Shown: one piece after another, positions 47,623-55,936 of the stretch
How positions within the stretch are numbered: position 1 is the stretch's first letter
Layout: every line of letters begins with the position of its first letter
Source of the DNA: Catajapyx aquilonaris
Lineage: Eukaryota
NCBI GenBank assembly: GCA_000934665.2
Contig: KZ538651.1
Span: forward strand, 1 to 55,936
Direction of reading: 5' to 3'
Length of the DNA stretch: 55,936 nucleotides
Position numbers and translations under genes: made by a program
The notes under the pieces: model-generated
What the model was told of the DNA's origin: nothing
The model's input: only the letters and a program-made list of their open reading frames with translations
The model's database searches: none

Positions 47623-48900
47623 ATGGCCCCTGGTATGGTGAAGCCCCTTGAGTCTTTCGTACCTGGAACGGCGGCGAACTGGACTCTGTACGAAGAGAGA
47701 TGCCAGATTTTCTTCAGGGCAGCCAAAATAAAGGATGAACAACAGAAAGGTGACCTGTTCCTGTCAATGTGTGGAGCAGATACCTATGCTTTACTCAGGT
47801 CACTCATGAGCCCTACCTCACCAATTGGAGCCAGTTACTCCACTATCGTAGAGACTCTTAGAAGGCACTACGTACCTGCCCCTTCACCTATTGTGGAACG
47901 GTTCCTTTTGCATAAGAGGGACCAAAAGGTGGGGGAAGAAGTTGCTCAGTATGTTGCAGAACTTCGAAGGTTGTCGGCCAATTGTGATTATGGTGAGATG
48001 TTGGAGGAGATGCTCAGAGACAGATTTGTGTGGGGCCTGAGAGACCAGGCCACACAGGTGCGTTTGTTGGGAGAAGCCAACTTGACCTTCAACAAGGCCG
48101 TGGACATCGCCACTGCAGCAGAGGCAGCTGGGATAAGTGTGAAACAATTGCGTTCGCAGTCCACCATGGAGTCAGAGGTGCACCAGATAAGGGGAAGGCC
48201 GGATGTCCAGAAACCCGGAGTTCGGTGTTTTCGGTGCGGCTCCACTAATCACCATGGCAACACATGTTGGGCCAAGGAGGTGAGCTGCAATCTATGTGGG
48301 AAAAAGGGTCACATAGCCAAGCTCTGCAAGTCAAAAAAGGCAAGTGAGAAGCCCATGGAGAAGGCGGCAGGTTATGGAAAATCTACCAGCAAGGCGGTCC
48401 AATCGTTGGAAGAGGCAGTAAACACAGTCACAATTTTCAATGTGGATGCTGTGGCAAGTCATCCTGCGGCAATGAAGGTGAATCTAGTGATAGCCGGGAA
48501 GTCGACAGAAATGGAAATCGACTCCGGAGCAGCTTGCAGCGTAATAGATTACTCCTATTTCAAGAAGAAGTGGCCCAATCGGGAATGTGAATTACGTCCA
48601 CTAGACTTCCAGTTGCGGACGTGGTCACAACACCAGTTGGAGGTTGCTGGCTGTTGGAAGGTGGAAGTTGTTCACAAAGGCCAGCAACATGAACTCCCAT
48701 TAGTAGTTGCAAAATCAGGTGGACCATGTGTGTTGGGCCGCGACTGGTTCAAACCCTTGGGAATCAGAATAGAGGGCTCACCTACAGTGGTGGCTCCCGG
48801 GGCAACAGAAGCAGGCCCTAGAGTTAGTGTCCCTAGAGTTGTGTCCTGTAATTATTGTAACCAGTTGCCAGACAACTGTGACTTGTTTGTCTTGTTGTAG
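47623..48900 (+). CDS. gag: Retrotransposon Gag-aspartic protease ORF (425 aa), ends inside the 3' LTR
   Basis: ATG in CCATGG context; W..Y.ER, ERF..R.Q..GE....YVAELRRL...C, LRDRFVWGL; zinc knuckles CFRCGSTNHHGNTC and CNLCGKKGHIAKLC; MEIDSGAACSVI; VLGRDWF. Confidence 0.92.
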   Translation: MAPGMVKPLESFVPGTAANWTLYEERCQIFFRAAKIKDEQQKGDLFLSMCGADTYALLRSLMSPTSPIGASYSTIVETLRRHYVPAPSPIVERFLLHKRDQKVGEEVAQYVAELRRLSANCDYGEMLEEMLRDRFVWGLRDQATQVRLLGEANLTFNKAVDIATAAEAAGISVKQLRSQSTMESEVHQIRGRPDVQKPGVRCFRCGSTNHHGNTCWAKEVSCNLCGKKGHIAKLCKSKKASEKPMEKAAGYGKSTSKAVQSLEEAVNTVTIFNVDAVASHPAAMKVNLVIAGKSTEMEIDSGAACSVIDYSYFKKKWPNRECELRPLDFQLRTWSQHQLEVAGCWKVEVVHKGQQHELPLVVAKSGGPCVLGRDWFKPLGIRIEGSPTVVAPGATEAGPRVSVPRVVSCNYCNQLPDNCDLFVLL

Positions 48901-49007
48901 GAACAGACCTTGAAGCTGGTCTGTTCTCGAGCACCAGTCGTATTCTTGTAATACACCTGTTTTAGTTCATCACCTGAGTCCTTCTTACCAGCCGTCCATA
49001 CACAACA
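48837..49007 (+). repeat. 3' LTR (171 bp; first base A instead of T)
   Basis: Direct repeat of the 5' LTR, ends ACACAACA, followed by TSD CACAT. Confidence 0.95.
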
Positions 49008-50234
49008 CACATCCAGGTACATTCAATTGTGTTTTTTGAGCAATGCATTAAACTTCTCATGGAACATTTCTAAGGCCGATATCTTCTCCGCGTTGAGCAA
49101 CAGGTCTGCATTAGGTGAAATTTTAGATAATATAAACCAAGATAGATTACAATTCTTCCCTGAAATGCCAGTGATAGAAATTACAAATGCGATTGGCGAA
49201 TTAATAGCCCCACATTTTGCAAATAAGTTGACATTCTTGGCTCGAACACCACTAGAGAAGAGGAACTCATTCATTATATTTTCTCCGTTCACACTCTGCA
49301 CTTGGTATTTAGTTGCTTTTTCATTATTCGTTTCTTGCGTCACTTTAGTAGTCCTCTCTAAACTACATTTTCAGAAATTATTGCAGAACAAGTTAAGTTA
49401 CTTTGAATCATTCAATTTGTACATGCACTACCTGGTCAAAGTATTTTTTAGAAGAAACCACCCCATTTCCTGATCGTCCCTCATCGAAGATTTTTGCAAT
49501 GTTCTGGATCTATTTTTCCATAGTCATTACCACAGGCTACTGTTCCAAACTCTACACTCTTCTGACTGTCCCACCGAGAGAAGATGTCCCAAACACGTTT
49601 GAGAAATTGCAGCTTTCTAATTTCCATATAAAAATGTCAAAGGACACTTACGCCTTATTACAGAGCAGTAACAATTTTGCTGAGGATGACCCTTACCAAA
49701 TTATGGTTGACGGAATAGAACCAGTGACAAACTGGAATGAGTGTTACCTGAACGTAGTCACTGAAGATAGTGTCTGCATGGAAGGGGTCAGGTGGTTAAA
49801 ACAGTCACTGAATCGTCTGGACGTGTATGGACAGGACGTTGCTTTTATATCCAGCGATAATGCAGTCGTTGTGTATGAAACCATTATGGTTGAAAAAGGA
49901 ACGATTTATTCGGAGAACTGGAACTACTGGTCGCATATCTTCAACAGCATTGGACTTTATGAAAAGAGTGAGAGGCTGCTGGAACACAAAAGATATCTGG
50001 ATGCTGCTGAAGCCAGAAGAAGGGACCAAATACCTGAGGGTGAGGAAGGAAGGGTGGTGTTTTCACTACAAAAGTTGCAGGGTCATTTTTCTGTCCTGTT
50101 CATTGGGTTATGCTTTGCGATAGGATGCCTTGTCAAAGAAATTATTTATCACTATTACTGTCAACCTTTCTTTTCACTCACCAATAATGCAATTACGAAA
50201 CGGCCATAATTTTTATACACTTATACATTATCAA

Positions 50235-50542
50235 TGTAACATGATGTATGTGAAGTGTATTGGAATTCTTTTGTATTTGACTTTTGGGAAACGTTTGACT
50301 AGGAGAGTGCATAAATATTGGTGCAGAGTCAAGGAGAAGTCAGTTGGTTGGGGGCGCAGGAGCGGGTTGCTCTGCTGCTTCATGTTGAAGGGGGGTTCGT
50401 TGTGTTATGGGTTAGACCCTCCCCCGTTGGACTGGTGTTGTGTATACATTTGGAAGTGTACAAAATAATATACTGAACATTATTGGGATTAACCTGTACC
50501 CATTTATTTGGATCTTGCCCTCAACCGACGGAGACAGTGACA
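50235..50542 (+). mobile_element. Possible solo LTR
   Basis: TGTAAC..GTGACA ends and LTR-like internal composition, but no TSD found. Confidence 0.3.
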
Positions 50543-51395
50543 GCTTGCAAAAAGGTCACAGGTCACTTTGCTCACTTGAATTGTAGTAATGTGGTTTTGA
50601 GTACAACAAAATCTAATTCAGCAACCTTAAACCAGCAGGATTTTTTCTAATGTCATGCTTTGTATTTACTTATTCAATAACAAATACGTAGATCTCTCTA
50701 ACTAGAAGATCTCTCTATCTAGTAGATCTCATGACTATTCATATTTACAGTAATGGTGTGGGGCATAGAAAATCTGATTAGAAATGTACCAGACGAATAG
50801 GCTGAAATCGTCGCATTTCGTGAAAATTTAAAAAGTTTGGGAGTTTTCAGATGTGACGGAGGGAATCCGCAGATAAGTATTGATTTAATTCTTGCAAAGT
50901 ACCACGATTGCAGCAAATTTGTCTGGTACGATTCTCATTGTAGATATTCTGTATATTTTTAAAGGAGCCCATGATTCTTAGTATTCGTAGATATAGTGTG
51001 AGGCCACACTCCTACGCACTTGTTATGCTTGAGAGATACATCACCTTGATAGGTTCATGCCACGACCTAATACATGACATATAGAGGTTAAATGGCATTT
51101 GTGGTCTTTGACCTGCCAATTAACCATTTTTTTGCAAATTTAAATAAAGAGAAACGGATATTGCCACGAAAAGTTAATTCAACCGTGTGTCCTCCAGACA
51201 AAATTGTTTCAAAACATGTATCGTGTACAAGAAAATCAATAACTGAAGTATGATGTACTGTACAAGTCAGCAATATAATGATGTTACCGGATTTTACTCA
51301 TGGCGTTCATACAACTTGTCCTTGTGTGTCCCACTTTCTCCAAAATGGGTAATAATTTTTACCAAATTTGTATAAATGCATAATGCACAAACAAA

Positions 51396-51704
51396 GGGGA
51401 GGTGTGGTGGCCGAGATAGTAACGTGCTGAGTGAAAGGTCCCAGGTTCGTTCCCAGCCTGGGAGTTCTCTTTCACCTGCGTCAGGAGGGTCTCTGACATG
51501 CACCAAGGAGGTGTCTGGCAACCTAACCTCCTGAGGAACAGCACATGACCCATTGTTCTCTCTCCAAAAACCCCTATCCTTACCCAATGTCCTTGTTTCC
51601 CTGCACCAGAGTGAAGATAAAATCAGAAAATTGATTGAAAAGTGGTGGTGTACCACCCCCCTAGATAGAACCCGTAACCTATCTCCCATGATGGGGTACA
51701 AAAA
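51396..51704 (+). mobile_element. tRNA-derived SINE family D
   Basis: A-box-like TGGCCGAGATAG, B-box-like GGTTCGTTCCC; TSD AATGCACAAACAAA / AATGTACAAACAAA (51382-95, 51705-18); tail CCACCCCCCTA..CTCCCATGATGGGGTACAAAAAA. Confidence 0.8.
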
Positions 51705-52841
51705 AATGTACAAACAAACATGATTACTTGTGTTCATTAACGAAGGTTGAGATTATTTCAATATGTGATCGCTAACAATTGCAATTGTATATCAATTAGA
51801 AAATTAATTTATAATAAAACAATGGAACTTAACGAGATACCAAATTAATATTATTTTACAAAATATTAAGGGTCTGGTATCTCACGTGATGGTGACAGTA
51901 TAAAATGACGCAAATGTCGATCGTTCGATTTTATACTGCCATGCTCGTTGCCAAAGGCATCGTCACATACACATGAACCTGTGAATGAAGCCCATGAATC
52001 ATAGAGCAGAAATGCAGTGGAGCAAAATGTCACACCTCGCAGCATGTCACAATTCAGAGAAATATCTGACCTTGCTTCCATCGCACTTCGATGTCATAAA
52101 TGAAACATAAAGGTCAGAATGATGGTACTGTCAGTCTTTAACTTATCAATTTTAATTAGACTATTCAATACATACAGGAGTAGGCCTAGCATAAAATGAA
52201 CAATTTATATGATGTATGCATTTACATTGTGAGATATGTTATGTACACGTACGAAATTGTTCATACAAAAATTTTAATTACGTATTTATCCCAAAAATTC
52301 ACGAACTATCAATTAAGTTGCTCGCTTATTATTGCCCTGCTTATTGCAATTATTGCGTAAAAACATATAGCACAATTAATCATGTTCTAGTTCCCACGTT
52401 AAGATTTCTGGGTATAGACTATACTCCATGAGTAAGTTCCGATATTCAAGATAATTATCTCTTACATGCAAAAGTATGAAAAATTAATATAAACGTACAG
52501 TACCTCACTATTAATGTAAGATTATAGCTTTTCATTAATATACTTATGGTACACATTTATCCCATTCCAAAGCTGCCCATTTCAGAGCCAGGCCACTATC
52601 ATCACCGATCTGCTCCCCTCGTAAGTAATAGTAGAAATAACATCTACTTTACAATAACTGTTATTTCGTCAATACGTCATAACGGACCTGGCTTATGGCG
52701 GCGGATTTGGAGCTAGCATTGGTCATGTCCCTCACCCCCCACCTCCAATTTATTATGGTTACGTCATCAACGGTGAAGTCAAGACACCCCCACTGTGCTG
52801 AAATCTAATATCTGGTACATCACGTGACGGTTACAGTAATA

Positions 52842-53506
52842 TATCACAAAAAAACCAATCCCTATGGAATTGTAAAAAAAAAAGGGGGGGGGGGGGTAAG
52901 ATGTAAGTGACGGATAGAAATAAATTACTGAAACAAGACTGGGCTGCGTAAGATCTTCACAATATGGGTAAATGTAACCCAGAGATCTTACTTCCGCATT
53001 TAACGTTTTACAAGATGGTGTTGATCAAGTCATCTTTGTGCTGGGTGTTAGTATTAGTGATTGTTTGGCTGAGAATAGTATTCCCAAGGGTTTATAGGCT
53101 GGTTTTTTTGAATGATGATTGGTTAAATACTTATGACTTGCTTACAGTAAGTGATTACTTGTCTGGTTGGTTGGAGATTGGTTGTTCGGAGGGTTGATTT
53201 TTTCTTTGTTGTTCCATTGATTAAATGAGGTGCTGGTTGGTTGATTGATTTATTGGTTAATCGATTACTTGGGGGGCTAGGATGTTAATTGGTTAACAGA
53301 ATGGTTTATTATACTCTGGATCTTTTAGACAATTTCTACCCTGACATCTTGTAAAACGTTAAATGCGGAAGTAAGATCTCTGGGTTACATTTACCCATAT
53401 GGTGAAGATCTTACGCAGCCCAGTCTTGTTTCAGTAATTTCTATCCGTCACTTAGATCTTACTTCCCTTTTTTTTACAATTCCATAGGGATTGTTTTTTT
53501 GTGATA
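52842..53506. mobile_element. Long-TIR foldback MITE
   Basis: Arms of about 165-175 bp, 52842-53017 and 53345-53506 (TATCACAAAAAAA..TTTTACAAGATG), near-perfect. Confidence 0.88.
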
Positions 53507-54296
53507 ATTGCAGTTATTTTTTTTTGACAAAACAATCTGAATAATATGAACAAGTAGTTATACTCATTAATGTATTATGTTTAGAAGAGATGCAAATTGC
53601 ATTCGTTGTGTACAAAAGATGTGTAGTCTGTCCAGCGCCTGGACTCTCGAGAGCGCGTACGCCATAGAGGTTAGGGGGATAAGTTGGTGCAGTACGGAGG
53701 TATGTTCAAAACTTGAAGTCTCTGTGTGCAAGGATTTGGCCTGTAGAGCTCGGCACAAAATCGTCCCAACAAGGCAAAAAATAAAAATAAAAATTGTTGG
53801 AAAACTACCTTACTACTTATATAGGGACTATCGTCCCTACAATGTGGCGAAAACGTCGATTCGTGTCGATTATTCGATTGTATAATGGTGTGCACGTTTC
53901 CAAGGCATCGTCACATACACATGAACGTGTCAATCAAGAAAGGCTTTCATGATAGTTTCAGTCATAGAGCAGAGAATGCGGTGGAGCAAAATGTCATACC
54001 TCGCAGCGACTCACAATTCAAGGAAAACCCCCTTCGATCGCGCTATGATGTCATTAATTAAACATAAAGGTCAAATGGCACCAGCACGTATATGAACTTA
54101 GACTGTATGCAACAGTGAAATTAAAGGAAAAGACATGATCAAAAATTTAGTTCAATGAAGAGAAATGCCTGGATGAGAGGTGCTCCATACCAGGATAATT
54201 ATTGAAACATGATTCACAAACAAAACAAAACAAAAATTCCTAACCCCTTTTTCTCAAATGCTGAAAAATTGGCTGTGTGACAGATTATATCACGCG

Positions 54297-54643
54297 TATA
54301 GTGTCAATGTCAATTCCGAGGTCGATTCATTGGTCCATGTTATTTCACAGTGGCTGCTTTACTTCTTGCATTGCAAATCAGTGATGAGATTGCCACACAA
54401 ATATAATTGAAGGCTTACACCATACGATGTATTGTGTGTTCGTACACTGAGACTGAAGGAGGGACAAGCACTGGGATGTGCTTTCGCAGTTACATTGTTC
54501 AGCGTGCCTAATTGCACAGCAGTCGGACATATCTCAACCTCTCCAAACTTATTATATTCCGTGTCCTTTCCCATTTGGTGCACAATGCTGTGATGGGACT
54601 ACTTATCCTTAATTAAATGTGTTAGTAATTACAAGCAGAAAAA
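54297..54643 (+). promoter_or_regulatory. Conserved upstream module of IR copy 2
   Basis: Paralogous to 46245-46586. Confidence 0.55.
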
Positions 54644-55784
54644 ATGAAGATCGCTCTCATTATCTGCATATTTGCATTGTTACTGACAGTGGTGTCACGT
54701 CGCATAGTGATTCATGCAAGTGAAAGGGAGACTTTTGAACAGACGCAGCTCATGTGGACCATTTTGAAAGATGATAAACTAGTGGAGTGTCCTCTGGTTG
54801 TGCATCATGATGTTGCAGGTGGGCTGCCAGGCCATCTTACGACTCTTTTGACAAACATGTTTCTTCTTGGACGACCTGTGCTCGTGTCCAAATCGAGCTC
54901 AGCCAACAGCACTTGGACATGCGATCCTGAAGAATCAACTGCACAAACCGGTTTAGAACTGGATCCAAGGGAGAAGATGGCCAAATGTGCCGTGCATCTG
55001 GTCGTGGCATGTTCGTCCAACTACAAAGCTGTCGTGGAAGAGATATTGGAAGAAGATGAGGCCATCCTGGTAGTGAATAGAGGGAGGGACAGATTTGTGC
55101 TGTGGATGAGGGATGTCACTGACGTCAATATCCTTCTCGAGAAGCCATTGTCTAAAATCAAATACAAAATAATGATCAACTCGATTCAAAACGATTCTTT
55201 GCTGGCCCATTCAGTGTGCTATTTCTGCAAAGAAGGAAGCCCAACTGTAGAACTAACAGTGTTAACAACCTCCAATGAAATTGCCGGGAGACATATATTT
55301 CGGGACAAGGCCAAAAACTTTCCCCGGGAAATTTCTAAAATCCATAAGCCTAATTGACGACAGTCACTTGGGGTGCAACGCAACGTCCAGTAACATTGAA
55401 TTGTGTTTCTTGGGAAATGCACTGAACTTCACATGGAACATTACTCAGGTCGATCTGGTCTCCTTATTTAGCGACAAGTCTGCTTTAGGTCAAGTTGCAG
55501 ATGATATAAATCGTGGAAAGTTAAATTTCATCCCGCAAATGCCAGTGATTATGTTTGCAAATTCACCTGGTGATATAACAGCCCCTTACACAACAAACAG
55601 TCTCACTTTCCTGGCTCGAACGCCACTAGAGAAGAGTACCGCATTCGTTGTGCTTTTACCCTTCACACTCTGCACATGGTGTTTGGTTGCTTGTTCATTA
55701 TTCGTTTCTTGCGTCACTTTAGTAGTCATCTCTAAACTACATTCCCCATGCTCCATATTGAAACATGAATCACAAACAAAATAA
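54644..55784 (+). pseudogene. Divergent IR copy 2, frameshifted and truncated after M1
   Basis: Clear paralog of copy 1 (ECPLVVHHDVAG, KMAKCAVHLVVACSS, HSVCYFC, LTFLARTPLEK). +1 frameshift in TTTCCCC at 55319-55325 links ORFs 54644-55357 and 55275-55784. Homology stops near 55743 (..SKLH). Confidence 0.87.
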
Positions 55785-55936
55785 TATATCACTCGTATAG
55801 TGTCGAGGTCGATTACGAGGTCGATTCATTGGTCCATGTTATTTCACGGTGGCTCCTCTACATCTTGAAGTGCAAATAAGTGATGAGATTGCCACACAAA
55901 TATAATTGAAGGCTTAAACCATAGGATGTATTGCGT
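55749..55936 (+). promoter_or_regulatory. Upstream module of a probable third IR copy starting beyond the window
   Basis: Matches 54181-54438 (TGCTCCATA..ATTGAAACATGA.TCACAAACAAAA..GAGGTCGATTCATTGGTCCATG..). Confidence 0.6.

Larger units (their letters stand above)
47332..49007 (+). mobile_element. Internally deleted Ty3/Gypsy LTR retrotransposon (Mag-like), gag-protease only
   Basis: Two 171-bp LTRs (47332-47502, 48837-49007); TGTTGTGT..ACACAACA termini; 5-bp TSD CACAT (47327-31, 49008-12); PBS; gag with two CCHC knuckles; protease DSGA. No RT, RNase H, integrase or PPT. Confidence 0.95.
46587..50209 (+). pseudogene. Divergent intronless ionotropic receptor (IR) copy 1, disrupted by an LTR insertion and a +1 frameshift
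   Basis: Signal peptide MSITFTWAILYALLLAMVSG. Removing 47332-49012 restores ECNAT-SRYIQLCFLSNALN, collinear with the paralog GCNATSSNIELCFLGNALN. IR motifs LTFLARTP, FSPFTLCTW (M1), GYCSKLYTLLTVP (SYTANLAAF-equivalent), LQKLQGHFSVLFIG..KE (last TM). One extra T in the T6 run at 49444-49449. Repaired length about 646 aa. Confidence 0.88.

Noticed and set aside
47332..49016. LTR element removable as an intron to restore IR copy 1
   Set aside because: An AG follows the element (CCAG at 49013-16), but there is no suitable GT donor at the 5' junction, no pyrimidine tract, and a downstream frameshift remains.

Overview
Eukaryotic, repeat-rich invertebrate (probably arthropod) genomic DNA with two small N gaps. 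The main gene is a + strand nicotinic acetylcholine receptor alpha subunit (alpha7/alpha9/10-like). Eight of its coding exons, 18583-43111, join into one open frame; the signal-peptide exon was not found and probably lies upstream of the window. Directly downstream is a tandem array of intronless divergent ionotropic receptor (IR/variant iGluR) genes in decay: (a) a relic at about 44.2-44.4 kb; (b) copy 1 (46587-50209), split by a 1.68 kb Ty3/Gypsy Mag-type LTR element that keeps only gag-protease, with an extra +1 frameshift; (c) copy 2 (54644-55784), frameshifted and 3'-truncated; (d) the upstream module of a probable third copy at the window end. The introns and the 5' 18 kb hold many non-autonomous elements: four tRNA-derived SINE families (three with a shared 3' tail), hAT, Tc1-mariner and Harbinger-type MITEs, Helitron derivatives, nested insertions and minisatellites. 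All calls come from reading the sequence by eye, with no database searches, so family assignments rest on recalled motifs.
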